Program-made: the position numbers and the translations under genes | Shown here: in pieces, positions 49,887 to 64,000 of the stretch | Layout: the number at the start of each line of letters is the position of its first letter | How positions within the stretch are numbered: position 1 is the first letter of the stretch | The notes under the pieces: model-generated | Databases searched by the model: none | What the model was told of the DNA's origin: nothing | What the model saw: the letters and a program-made list of their open reading frames with translations, nothing else | Source: the human T2T-CHM13v2.0 reference genome, Homo sapiens | Assembly: GCF_009914755.1 (NCBI RefSeq) | Contig: NC_060928.1 | DNA length: 64,000 nucleotides | Reading direction: 5' to 3' (one strand)

Positions 49887-51699
49887 TTAAAAATGAGATG
49901 TATGTGTAATGACATGACAGAAATATTCAGGATATAGTCTTAAGTTTTTAAAAACTTGTTGAAGAAAAATGCACTTAGTGTTTCATTTTAATAAAATAGG
50001 AATGATTATAATTAGCTCTTAACAGAAAATAGCTGGAAGAATAAATTTTAAACAAATAACAGTGAAGATTATAGGGGCATTTACAAACTATATTTGACAT
50101 TTCTGTACTCGAGTTTTTGCAACTCTCATGTTTACTTTTGTAGTCAGGGAAAGCAGACTTTGCAGAAGAGCAAACTGCCCTTCTTCTATCATGGAATCTT
50201 CTGATCCTCTGTCCTAAAATGATTGCTCCCTCTTCCGAATATCTTCTAGATTGTTAGAGCCAAAAAGGGCTTTAGAGATCATTTAGTTCTACATCTTCAT
50301 TTCACACATGAGGAAACTGAGGTCTAGAAGGACTAATGGGGTGGCCAAAGTCACATAACCCTAAATTAAGAGCAAGACCAAGACTAGAACCAAGGGATAT
50401 ACTGGCTTGTGGTCTAGAATTCTTTCTCCTACAAGCAAAGTCTCCTCTAGCACTCACTGTATCTGTGAATAATTTGGCTTTACTTGGAAGGCCTCATAAA
50501 TAAATATGTCTTTCTCCTCCAGTAAATTTGTGCTTGAACTCAGAGTCAGTGTCCAGTATCACGTTCATGCATTGTGAAACATGCAGTACAACAATTGACA
50601 GGCTTCAGTTAGATTTCAGATCTGAGGCAACACTAAAATTTGGGGAAAAGAAAGACTCCCATTTGTGGTTTGTACTTACACAGCACTCTCAGGAGCTCGC
50701 TCATGTTCTCTCTCTGTCTTTCACACATACAGTAGGAATAAGTTAGTTGCCTAATTGGTTATGCTGGGGAAATGAACTTTGGGTTCAGGGCATGTCAGTA
50801 GGTACCTTCCCACTTGCAACAAAATACCAATATCCCGAACTTCCGGAAGGAAATGGCATGGCCGTTCAACTTTAATCTGTTGATAATGTCAGTAATTTCC
50901 CACAACTATATTCAACACTTTCTGGTCCTACAATTCTCATAGGTCCTTTTCACACAGTGTGTCTCAGGGACTGTTTCATATCTCACAGAGACACAGCCAA
51001 CCCTGGCCTGACTATGGGCGTGGAGCAGTGTTTCACATTGTCAACCCCTCATGTTGTGGGGTTCAGCCAGATGGAGGCTTTTGAATCACTGTTCAGTGAT
51101 ATAAACCTCCTCCTTTGACCGAAATGAGAAATGATGGCTACTTTGTCCCTTGCCTTGTAGCTCCCCAGGGGCAATTAGGGAGTTGCCCCAGCCTGCAAAG
51201 GGCTGTGTTAGGATCTCACCTCTGGTGCCTCATCCTTTTCTTCTCCTCCCCTGAAGCTAATCATGACACTTTTGTCTCTACTGAGCTCCACTTGGCATCT
51301 GGTGTTCATCGTCTAAATGAGCTGCTATCTCTAGGAAACTATTCTGCTCTCTGCCTCCCATTTTGCAAATTTGGTGTGTTTGTTTCCAGTGTTTTATTAA
51401 TTTATTTCAACTGAACATTTTCCATATCCTAAACATTGACATTATTTACGTTACCATCTGCTTGATGTTTTAGACTCTGTATACCCCCCCACACACATAT
51501 GTTTGTGTAAGATTCAGTTCTAAAGTCTTTCAAACCAGTTTTCTTTTCCAATAGTTAATTCTGTGCGGGTTCACAATGCCTTAAATATTTAAGTATCCAT
51601 GTAATGCATTTATATTTTTTATCTTAAAATTCGGAAAAAACGTTAAGCCTCATAACTATGATATTCCTTTAAATTGTATTAAACTAGGATTTTGATATA

Positions 51700-52017
51700 C
51701 AGTCATGTACCTCATAACAACGTTTGGGTCATATACCTCTTATACAATGTTGGTGCCTTAAGATTATAATACCGTATTTTTACTGTACATTTACTATGTT
51801 TAGATATGTTTACAATTGCCTACAGTATTCAGTAGTATAGTCACATGCGGTACAGATTTGTAGCCTAGGAGCAACAGGTTGTACCATCTAGCCTAGCTGT
51901 GTAGTAGGCTCTACCATCTAGGTTTGTATAAGTACACTCTGATGTTTGCACAAAAACAAAATCACCTAGCGACACCTTTCTTGGAACATATTCCCATTAT
52001 TAAGCAATGAATGACTA
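51700..52017. mobile_element. Tigger3a/MER7-like DNA transposon MITE
   Basis: ta|cagtcatg ... atgact TIRs; tttgtagcctaggagcaacagg, gtgtagtaggct..accatctaggtttgt. Confidence 0.8.
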
Positions 52018-53816
52018 AATGATATAGGGAGAAATTTAAAGCACTAATTATTTTCTCCTCAGTCAGCTGTAAGTCTGCCTTTCAGTAAGCTTACATTGTT
52101 CTTTTCGCAAATGCAGAAATTTATTTCTCAATAAGCTTCTTGAATACCAACTTCACATAGAGACTGTGTAGTAGTCAAGAAGAGAAAGCGTCGAAGAGCA
52201 GCCAGTAGACCCTCATTGCAAGTAGAACAGGAAGGAATGTGACTGAACCACACCCCAGTGGATCTTAGAATCAGAAAATTACAAGACGACACATAGAAAA
52301 TTCCAAGATGACAAGATTGTTGTGCCCTGGAGGGTTATTAAAAGAGTTGGTATTATCTCTATATAACCCAGACCTGGACTGTATATGTGCACCCTCAGAA
52401 GTACCTGGAAAATTTTATGTTTCTCATTTCGTTCAGCTATGCCCAGACCAAGCAATAATCTATCGGACTTATATTATTCTTGGTATGACATATAGTTACT
52501 GAATTTTCTAGTGAAATGCAAAATATGTTGGATGGACAACAGGATGAGCTATTTGAGTCAGTCTGCTCTGAAACTCAAAGGTTGATGTTCTCCATAACTT
52601 GACCCTTCCATATCTGCACACAGACCCATTATCTGCTTTGCCACAAGAACGCTGATCATATTCTCTTCCAAATGGATAAGGCAAAGCATTTTTATGCCAA
52701 TACTATGACACTTTGGGAGATACAGTTTGTATGCATAAACATTGGGACATTTTGATATTCACTGATTCAGTGATAAATTATTATTCACTCAACAAATATG
52801 TATTGAACGTCTCCCAAATTAAAACTGCCATGAAAGAGTTAGAACGTAGCATCTGTAGATATAATTAAGAGCTACTACCGGGGAACTTGTTTATGTTTCT
52901 TAATATCTACAACCAACAGATTAGTACTTTCTAGCCATTTGTTTTTTGATTCATAAAGTTTTGAGAGTAAAGAAATGTAAGAAAAAAATCAATTACCTCA
53001 CAATCAACTGAGACTGTTTTCCTGCTAGAAATTCCCAGTTGGAACTGATTAAGAAATGTGTGTTTCTGATAAAGGTACAGGTGGAGCCAAAGGATAAAAG
53101 GGTGCTGTGTCTTTAAATTTAAAGATATTTTATAATTGTCCTTGAAGTTTCTATTTTCATTTGTTTGCTTTGGGTGGGACATGGAAAAATATTTGCCTAC
53201 TGTATGGTACTAATCTTCATGCATGTGTTTGCAAATTACCTTCCCTGTGAAAAGGGTGGAGGCATTTCACTGGTGATGGCTTTTCTTATTAAATACTTGC
53301 AAATGCATGAATTTTCTGCACCAAAAGTTGGTGAGTTCATTTTATATCTGAAAGTCGGGTTTAAGAGAAGATGGCTCAGAAGCTTCAAAAGTGTGAAACT
53401 TTAGGAATTAAACATTGGGTTCTCTAGTTATAAATTATCACCGGAGCTACCTTAGTTATATGCTTAGTATTTTCATTGTAAGCCAGTTATTTTCAAAGTT
53501 TTGGTGAACCCTAATATTTATTCTAAATTACATTGTTTGAAGAATCTTATTTTGCTTACCTAAGAAGTTTTTTTTGAGATGTAGAAAAGATCTTTAAATT
53601 ATTTTGAGTGGCTATGTGTGGTTTTCTTCCATAAATTAAAACTTCGATAGTTCAGAAATTATTATTCACTCAACAAATATGTATTCAACATCTCCCATAT
53701 ACTAGGAAGAAAGTATATCAGCCTTCCTGAAAGCCCACAGCATATTTTTCACAAACAGAGAACTTTAATTTGCAAATAAAATTATTGAATTCTATACTCC
53801 CACACCACGTACCTGA

Positions 53817-54191
53817 TGTTTCTAAAAGAAAAACATTAACTAAATTTCGCAGTTTATTTGAGCAAAGAACCATTCATGAATTGGGTAGCACTCAGAACCA
53901 AAAGAGATTCCAAGTTCTGCTCCACAGTGAGCAGTGAGCTTACATTGGCTAAACTTGGAAGTAAAATACAGAAATAACTTGATTGGTTACAGCTAGGTAT
54001 TTGCCATAGTTGAGTATGGTCTGGTCAGTTGGCTGCATCTGATTGGCTGAAACCCAGCTATTTGTTACAAAAAATATTCTCCTAAGTTTTCATTTGTTTA
54101 TATACTAAATTAGCTTACAGTTTGTTATACAGGAATTCAAAGCACAGAGACAGCCTCAGTCTTTTGACCCCCTGCTTATTTTGCTTTAACA
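53817..54191. mobile_element. ERV1 solo LTR (MER51/MER57/MER93 group)
   Basis: TG...CA termini; agtttatttgagcaaagaac..ttcatgaattggg; several ATTGG (CCAAT) boxes. Confidence 0.6.
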
Positions 54192-56793
54192 GTATGTAAA
54201 TGTATTCTAGAATGAATATAATTTCATATATAAACGTAATTTTATTGAGCACTAACTACAAGCTAAGCATTATACTCTGGGATGGTCAGGATACAGAAGT
54301 GAACAGAATCCCTGTAATATCTACTGGGAAAGAGGAACATTAAATAATCCTTAAATAAAAATAGAATTTAAATTGTGGAACAACAAAGGAAAGATCAAAG
54401 AGGTATATAATATCCTTAAATGGGATCCTGTTTAAATGATTTAAATGGGAGAGGGGAGGGAAGGGAGAAGGCAAGGAAGGCTTTTCAGAGAAAGTGAAGT
54501 GCTAAAAGTAGAAGAATGAAGAAAAGTTGGCCAGGGGAAAAGGTGGAGAAAATTGGCTATATACAATTTTAAAAAATAAAGGGAGACTTCATTCTGGGGG
54601 CAAGAAACCTGGTTTCTAGCTTAAGAGATGCTAGCAACTGCCCTTGAGCCTGTCTTAACCTCTGGCCTCATTTTCTTTAAGTGAGAAATCTGAGTTGGAT
54701 AGAAGGATCTAGGATTTCTTCTCTTATTTGATCTGTGATTAATATGTATGGCTACCTTATGGGGAAGCTCTCCAGTGGCTCCGTCTGGGCTGGTTCCTGG
54801 AGCTGTCATCATCTTAGTCCACATTCTTTTGGTTCTTGGAAATGGGGAAGCTGCATACTGCGTGTGCCCCTGGCAGGCATTGGCTAGGACTTGCGACAGT
54901 CATGCAGTTAGGCTTGAGCGACTTCAGCCTCCTGCCCTACCCATGTCCACAAATTTATCTACATCTGCATCAGTCCTTTCCTCATTCTCTTCATTCTCAG
55001 AGGATAAGGTGTTCCTTTTCCTGTTCAAGGCCAACTTTTTCATGTGGACTTAACTTTTATCTTCCATCCTCTGGGATATTGCTTCACCAATTAATTCTGT
55101 CTTTGTCCTGAATCTATCAACTCTAACCAAATAAAAGTGGGGGTAAGGGGTGTTGAAAAAATTTATTTCTTACAAGATAAATATGTCTTCCTTTGAGCCT
55201 GTTGGCTACTGCCCCATCTCTGTTTCCCTTATTTAAAAATAAAATAATATAAAATAAAATGTCCTAAAGAGTTCTTGAGTAATTGCTGCCTTTAACTGCA
55301 ATTCCCATTCCAGTTCACTCAACATATTGCTATTTGGTTTTAGTCCACATCGTGACATGAAAACATCACTGATCAATTCTAATGGTCATATTTCACCCCT
55401 TTAATTTAAAAACCTCCTTGCTACATTTCAAGCTATTGATCTTGAGGATGTCTTCCTTTTTGAAATTCTCCCTTTCCTTTGATGCTTTTATGCTATTACA
55501 TTTCTTATTCCTGATTCTTCTCCTACTTCTATGACCAGTCCCTATTTTTCTATCATCTATTATCAAGTTTGACCCTGAGGTTTTCATGATGCAGAATCCA
55601 GTTGTATGTTCTATACTATCTATGAGTTATGTCTGCAAGGAAGAGTGTGCAAAGAATTCTGAGTAGGATTAAATGGTAACCATATTCATTGATTCAGGTC
55701 AACTGGCAAGGTAATCTGTGGAAGGTTACAGAATCAAAGATGACTTGAGAATTAGATAACAAGTAATTTAAATCTTGGGGACTTAGATGAGAAGACTGAA
55801 CCCTTCGTAAAGTATAGAGTGTCCGTTCAAGTATACATAGGGAAAATTAGATCCTAAATCCCAGGCTAACTTGCTAGTGAAAATGCGCTAAGAAGGTAAC
55901 CCCAAATTTTGGGGGAAAGCAAAATTATTTCCTTATAATATAGTGTTCTAACCATGGGAAAACTTAAAATTTAAGTGTAAATATGATGGACTAAATAAAA
56001 TAAAAATATTTATACTTTTAGATAAGTTTGGGGAAAAGTCTTTAATATTTTAGATATTCATTATGTTTAAGATAATGTGTTAATATGATTAGCCTTGTGA
56101 TTTCTAATCTAAAATATGTCATTGGATGATTGATTTAGACTTTGTATTTTCAAGTTAAAAATGTTAAGATAATTTTGCTGTATTTAATGCTATATTGAAA
56201 TGTTTAATGTCTACTACTTTAACCAAGTTAAAAGATCACTCTTCAGAAGATTGACAGAGTTTAGAGAATGTTAAATAGAATATAAGATTTATAGTTGATC
56301 TCAATTCAAGGAAAATACATTTTTGGATTTGTTATTTTAATATTAATTTTAAAAACCGAAGTACCTGCAGATAATGCTTTTGAGGGTTGTAGGGGACACC
56401 CAGAAAATCTCCTTGCTATCTCCCATTCCCAAGCAGTAGTGTGTCCCTGGTCTTTCTTCTCACCCCACAGTTCTTCCCAGTCTTCTAGGCTCCCTGACCA
56501 ACCTCTGGCAGTGTCAGAATATATGCACCACTCATAGCTCAAACATACATGATACCCAAATGCCTTTCTCCAGCCCTGCCCCCCTACACAGCTACAGATC
56601 CATTAAAAACTACTTCCGGTAGGGCATATCTGCTTGCATATCCCCAGACCCCATCCAACTCAACTCACCTGAAATGCAGTCTATCGGTGCTCCACCTTCA
56701 AGCCCACTGATGTGCTCTCCTTTCTGCTATTGTCTCAGCTGATGACATCATCAAGTGCTCTTTCCTCTCTAGGGCAAAGACTGGCTTGGACAT

Positions 56794-57171
56794 TGCTATG
56801 GTTTGAATGTGTCCCCCAAATTTCATGTGTTTGAAATTTAATCCTCAATGCAACAGTTTTGAGAGGTGGGATCCTAAAGAGGTGATTAGGTCACAAGTGC
56901 CCTGCCATCATGAATGGATTAATGCCATTACCTTGGGAGTGGGTTCCTGATAAAAGGAAGAGTTCTGGCCCTCTTCCCTTCTTTCTTTCTCACGGGTTTC
57001 TCTCTTGCCTTTCTACCTTCTGCCATGGGATGTTGCAGCAGGAAGGACCTCATATAAAATAAAAGTCCCCCTGACCTCGAACTTCCCAACCCTCAGGACT
57101 GTAATAAATCTCTGTTATTTATAAATTACTCAGTCTCAGGTTGCTATAGCAGCACAAAGCAGGCTAAGACA
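56794..57171 (+). mobile_element. MaLR solo LTR (MSTB/MSTD-like)
   Basis: tgctatggtttgaatgtgtccccc ... atagcagcacaaa..ctaagaca. Confidence 0.85.
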
Positions 57172-58662
57172 CTTGTCAACGTTGCCTCTCTTTGACCCCC
57201 TCAGTGCCTACTACCTGGCAACTGTAGGTACGCAAAAACTCAGTTGATAAATATGAAGCCCAAATAAAAGAGGGAATGACATGAATACCTGCTTTAGGAT
57301 GAGTGGAAAGGGAAGACTCCATTATCATTTTGGTACTAGCTAATGGTTTCTTCGTCAAAAGGGTAGGAATAGCTAACATTCATTGAGCACCTACTATGTA
57401 CTAGGTACTTTAGGTGATTTGTGCACATTAACTGAAAGGGTTGGGCTCAGAGAAGGTAAGTCATTCAGGATGATGAAGCTAGTAAGTGACAGAGATGGTA
57501 CTTAGCGAAGGTCTGTGTAACTCCAGAACCTCTTCAGTGTTCCCACCTCTCCTCAGAATAGCTATTTTCACATTAAATTAGATTTCCTCTGACTGATGTT
57601 TTTATGCAGTGGTATTACTGATATAATTATGAAGATCAAGTGGCATGTATGCAAAAACTCAGAATTTAGGGTGTTTATAAAAAATTAGTAGATTTTTTTC
57701 ATTTCCTTATAAAAGACTTCACATTTTCAGTCAAAATACCAGGGCTTGATCATTTCAAAGATGAATACTGTCAGTTATGGAAGGTACATCAGCAGAATCA
57801 GCTCTGCTAACTTTCTTGCTTGACCTACTGATGGTTTAGGAAAAAGCCTTCTCGAGTTTTCCAGATACTGTTAGACCAAGAAGGATGCATTTTAATCAAA
57901 CTGAACACAAAAGGTTGGGTTTGGAGGAAATGCAACCACAAGAGTGCCTTTTAAGAAATAAAATTGAGAAATCATCCTTCTAACATTTCCTCCTTCCCTC
58001 CCCTTTATACAGTTCATAGAAACAATGCTCCTTTTTTTTCCTGTGGAGCACTTCAACCCCAGCACAAAATTAATAAAAGTGGTAAAACTGGAACTGCTAT
58101 CTTAGCTACATCCACCCCACCCCATCACCGTGAAGAATAAACCCTTTAAATACAGGCTGCCAGGTACAAGCTAAAGATTGAGATAATGATCCTTTGCTTC
58201 AAAATAAACATTTTTTAAAAATGAGTATTCTAGTCTATATATCTCATTCATGAATTAACTCTGTCACACTTAAAACTACCCTGTTTCTTTTAAGATTTGT
58301 AATGTTACAGGAAATTTTGTCTAGTTTCTCTTCAGGAAATTATAAAATTATACCACTTTTAGCAACATTTATGAATTAGTTATTTAGAATATCAGTCCTC
58401 TTGAGCTATTTTGTTTAATTAGGTCACATATACAAATTTGAAAATTGGAAATATCCTAGATAAAGATGTAAGAATTATATATGCAGTATTACAGGATAGA
58501 TTTCTAGAAAGGGGTTCTAGTGAGCAGTAGCTTTTGACTAATAATGTTTAACTAGGGCATAAGGAATTTGAATTCCCAGAACTGCTTTTTACTGTGGCCA
58601 AAATTCAAAATAATTTTTATTTTTGTGAAATAATTTTTCTTCAACTACAAGGAAGAGAAAGG

Positions 58663-58873
58663 AAAAAAACTAAAATATGTATTTTATTTTAAAATACATT
58701 ATTTAAAATAATTATTTTATTTTACAATACATTATTTAAAATATATTATTTAAAATAATTATTATTTTATTTTAAAATGCATTATTTTAATCACAAAAAC
58801 TAAAATAATGTATCTGGCTCTATTTTGATTTTGCTAAAATCACAAAAACTAAAATAATGTATCTAGCTGTATT
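58663..58873. repeat. AT-rich degenerate tandem repeat plus 36-bp direct repeat
   Basis: About three copies of tattttattttaaaatacattatttaaaataat; aatcacaaaaactaaaataatgtatct.gct.tatt at 58789-58824 and 58838-58873. Confidence 0.8.
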
Positions 58874-59579
58874 AGGATAATATGATCAATCATTCAAGAG
58901 AAACTGGTCTCGTTCTTGCAAGTGTAAGGACCAAAAGGTAAATATATTTAGCACATGGTTTGGTTCTATTTATCATCACTAATGTTCTCATTTTCCAAAT
59001 GGAAGGATAAAAATGATAACTTACCCAAAGCAGTGAAGCAGATGTGGGACTGTTTAATCTCAGCTCTTCCTTTAAATTGCTCTATAGTCACAGAAATCAC
59101 TTCTCTGTTCTTTAGTCTATTAACAGATAACATCTTGCCTATTGCTGTAATCCAAAGCCATATCCCTTCAGCATCTTCATAATCATTACTAGATGCTTTA
59201 AATCCACATATTTCAAATACCTTCATTCTCCCATCTTATCTGCTCATGTTTATGCAGGCACCTAGTAGCTGTTGAAACAGGATAACACTGTGGCTAAAAG
59301 CATGTGCTTTTAGAACCCCTGGGTTCAAATCCCAGCCCTAGAACTTCTTAACCTCTGTGAGCCTCCATTTCTTTGTCTGTAAAACAGGAATAATCATTGT
59401 GCTAAAACATAGATGGGATCGTTGTTGGTTTAGAAGCTAGGAATCAAATCAGTATATACATGTGAAGAAATTTTGTATGTTAACCTCTATGAGTTCTGTA
59501 TTAAAAATAATTTTTAATAAAACATGTTAAAAATAATGAATTTTTGAAAATTACCTTGCCTACAGCAGGTACCACAGCA

Positions 59580-60328
59580 GGTGTACCACTTCATGACGGC
59601 CACCCACTGGGATAGCTGTAATCAGACAGATGGACAATAACAAGTGTTGGCAAGGAAGTGGAGAAACTGCAACCTTAATACACTGCTGGTGGGAATGTAA
59701 TATGGTGCATCCATGTTGGGAAACAGTCTTGCAATTCCTTAAAAGTTTAAACACAGAATTACAGTATTCATCAATTCTCCTAGGTAAATATCCAAGGAAA
59801 AAAACATACGTTTATGTCACAGAAAGACTTGTACACAAATGTTTACAGCAGCATTATTCATAATATCCCAAAAGTAGAAACAACCTAAAGTTCACTGACT
59901 GATGAGTAGAAAATAATACGTGATACATCCATAGAGTAGACTATTGTTCAGCCGTAAAAAGGAACAGAGTACTGATAACATGCTACAACATGAATGAACC
60001 TTGGAAACATCATTCTAAGGGAAAGAAACCAGACACAAAAGGCTGCATATTGTATGATTCCATTTATATGCAAGGTCAAGATTAGTCATACAGAGACGGA
60101 AAGTAGATTGGTGATTGCCTAAGGCTGGGGAGAGCAAGGGGATTGGGCAAGATGGCTAAAGTTGATGGCTATGGGATATCTTTTGGCAGTGATAAAAATG
60201 TGCTAAAATTTATTGTGGTAACGGTGGCACAACTCTGAATATGCAAAAAAAATTGAAATACTTTATTTAAATGGGTGAATTATAAGGCATATGAATTGTA
60301 TCTCAATATAGCTGTTAAAAATAATAAT
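59580..60328 (+). mobile_element. L1MB/L1ME ORF2 end and 3' UTR
   Basis: caataacaagtgttggcaagga.gtggagaaa, tgctacaacatgaatgaaccttggaaacat, attgtatctcaata..gctgtt + A-rich tail. Confidence 0.85.
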
Positions 60329-62872
60329 AAAGTGGCAGACTTCTAAGGAATTTCGGTAACCTTCTAAACTTAAAAGTTTTTAGACAAGAGATCAATAGAC
60401 ATCTGTTAATTACCCCATCACAGATATGCCAACCAATCCCTAGGCTTTGACTTCCCAGTAGCTTTTGTTTGGGAATTTACCTTACCTACAGTAGCAGTCT
60501 TCCTGTGGGTAAAAACAAGAAACTTCAACCCTGGTCTTTGTTTAATAGTTAGGTTTTTTTCTAATTCTAAAATATGTACAGATTGGGAAAAACCCAGAAA
60601 AAATATGAGTTCAAAGCATAAATTAAAGACATAAATTATCCTGTGATCTGCGAGCAGTATCCCTCCCTGGCTCCTTTTCAGGTTGGAAAATCTGATTTTA
60701 GAACTTAGGTTTTAGAGAACCGAGTTCTTACACCAAGTACATACAAAAACTGCATCTTTACAAAATCGTCTCTAAATTGATCACTTGGACCTGAAGAGCT
60801 CATCTTTCCAAAGGCGATTTCCAGTCTTGTATGGATTGGAGAATGCCCAAATGTACTAATTTTTTTATTTTTATTTTAAAAACACCCCCCCGGCCCGCCA
60901 CTTACTTTGTGCTGCCATTAGTGATCTCCCCTACCCTGCCCCACAATTTACACAATGTTTTTCTTCCTATGTTACCTTTGGACCAGGTTATGGTCTTCTT
61001 TATTATTTATCTAATTCCAATTTCCCTAGCCTAGACACAGCCCTCTGAAAATAATGGCTGATAAGGGAAATGGTGCCCGGATCTCTAGGCCCGGAGCCAG
61101 TTCACTGGGAATCATACTCTCCCAAGGCTCTTAATGTAGGTCTGACTTGATGTGACAAGTGAATATAGTAGCCTATTCTTTCTTAGAAAAAAAAATGGAT
61201 TAATTATTTGGCTGAAGTCCGCCAAACAGAGGTTGGCCCTTAAAGGAACAAATACTTCCCGTTGTTTTAGATCGTCCTTCAAGCAAGGAACTAAAATAAT
61301 GTAAATATAACTCAGATAAAGAGACTCTTTACGCTTCTGTTTGTTCACAGGGGAAATGCTTATTTACAATGTGCCTTTTAAAATTATTTTCCTGAGTTGG
61401 TCTTTTGGTCAAGGAAATTAAATTGATAACAAGACGTGCTGTTGTCCATAGGGAATCCATTTCTACAAAGACAAATAACTAGAAGCAATCTCATCCCATT
61501 AACTCTGTGGCCACTTTCTGCCTCCCCCCTCTCAATATTTGTTACTTCTTTTATCACTGATTATTTTTTCATGGGAAGGTGTCTTCTTTTCTCAAATGGC
61601 TATAAATTTTTAAGTATGTCCCGTAAACATCTTGTCATCCCCCACAGTACCTTAAGTCAAGTCTTAAATATATCCTGATTAATTATTTGCCAATAGGCAT
61701 AGGTAGCCTTTCTTCCTTCAGTATTGGCATTAGTAGTCTAATTACTTAGTCTTATGGCTTTCTCAAGTTAAAATCAGAATTACGCTGTCTACAGCAAAGC
61801 AGAAAAGGTCATATCTACAGAGCAGCATTTTCAGAGCACCATCAAAACATTAAACAGGCTGACTAATGGGATATGCCTGTTCATGGTACTAGTCTTTCAA
61901 GTCTTTTCTGGGTTTGAAAGTTTTCAAAATCAAAAGATTTTTAAGAAATTAAACATCTAATTTCATCTCCAGAACTTAGATGCAATATTAATATCTCTTC
62001 TATATTCAGCTTTTCAGATGGGTTCTTTATTTCAAAGGATGCTAATTTATAGCAAATAACTACATGTTCCTAAGGACCCAAAACCTTTTTTCTTTACTCT
62101 TGCTCATTTTATTTTTTTTTGTAAAATTTTTTCACATTGTGTTTCAGATAGGCCCTCCCCAAACTTTCATAAATTAATGAGTATTCCACAGACGTGGAGT
62201 TTTTAGTCTAGAAGAGTTAGATTCAAGAATTAATGAAATAATCACACAAATGCAAATTTTCAGTAGGAACAAGTATAATATGAATCAATAGTAGAAAGAT
62301 TTGATCCAATAAGGAAAGTAAAGGAAGATTTATCTGAGGGAGGCAGTGGGCGCTAACCAGGCAGGAGGCACAGCATGTGCAAAGGCTTGGTGGCAGGCAG
62401 CAGCAACACAGTGTGAGGTTGATTACAAGAAGACCTATGAATTTGGAGCCCAAAGAGGAAGATAGTTCAAGATGAGAGCTTGAAGGAATGGGTAGAAATT
62501 TTTTCTTCTCATCCTGGAAGCAAAGGGAATCTACTGAAAGATCTTTAAAAACAAGAAGCTGATATAATCAGACCTAAACTTAGACAAGATTACTTCATTT
62601 GTGCTGTGGAGAACTCACTGGAAGGCATCCAATAGGCAGATCAGTCAGAAAGGTTTTGCAGTAGACTAAGCAAGAGACATAGGCAATTTGGTCATTTTGG
62701 TAGAAAGAAGTGAATTAATTCATGAAGTATTTATAAAATAAAAGTGTTAGGCAATGTTACAGTTCAAGTTTCAGTGGGGAATCAGATAGAATTGAATGAT
62801 TCAAGGAATCTTTAAAAGAGAAAGTCATCAGAAATTGGCAGTGCATTAGAAATGAAAAGAGGAAAGGGAGGT

Positions 62873-63682
<810 letters not shown>

Positions 63683-63970
63683 GAGGTGTCAAGGATGACA
63701 CCGGGTCATATAAATCATGCTAATAATGTGCACGTCAGCACATTAAAGGCTCTGAGGAGTCCTACAGCAAAGTAACCTGGCTAGCTATCTAATCCAGCAT
63801 TTCCCCAAATTATTTGAACCTAGATTACCCTTTTCTTTTTCTGGCAACAATTACTAACTTCCTCAAAATATACATGAGACAACTGAGTTAGCCTAAGAAG
63901 GGCTTTTTTTATTTAAAACAATTTCAAATTTTTTCACATTTTTGTTTGAAACCCTGTGTTAGTCGGCTAG

Positions 63971-64000
63971 GGCCGGGTGGATCACGAGGTCAAGAGATCA
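63971..64000 (+). mobile_element. Start of a truncated AluSc-like element, runs off the window
   Basis: gggtggatcacgaggtcaagagatca. Confidence 0.6.

Overview
Human (primate) genomic DNA: AT-rich, intron-dominated and full of Alu, L1, L2, MIR, LTR and DNA-transposon fossils. The first half holds the last four coding exons of NWD2 (KIAA1239; DUF4062-NACHT-WD40 STAND protein) on the + strand: 13311-13514, 16619-16763, 21543-22132 and a 3.9-kb terminal coding exon 26024-29956. All have canonical AG/GT sites and consistent phases, and a ~2.2-kb 3'UTR ends at AATAAA 32183-32188. About 4.3 kb downstream lies a CpG-island promoter and first exon, most likely C4orf19/PGCKA1 (assigned from recalled synteny, not from coding sequence). 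It carries a (CCG)8 tract inside a strong-Kozak upstream ORF that runs into a splice donor. The rest looks like that gene's long first intron. I see no prokaryote-type system (CRISPR, operon). The best leads are the exon-1 poly-Pro uORF/CCG repeat, the NLR-like architecture and variant Walker B of NWD2, a duplicated branch-point/polypyrimidine tract, inverted Alus around exons 4-5, and several local template-switch or palindrome scars. Repeat subfamily names are recalled from consensus sequences and need RepeatMasker confirmation.
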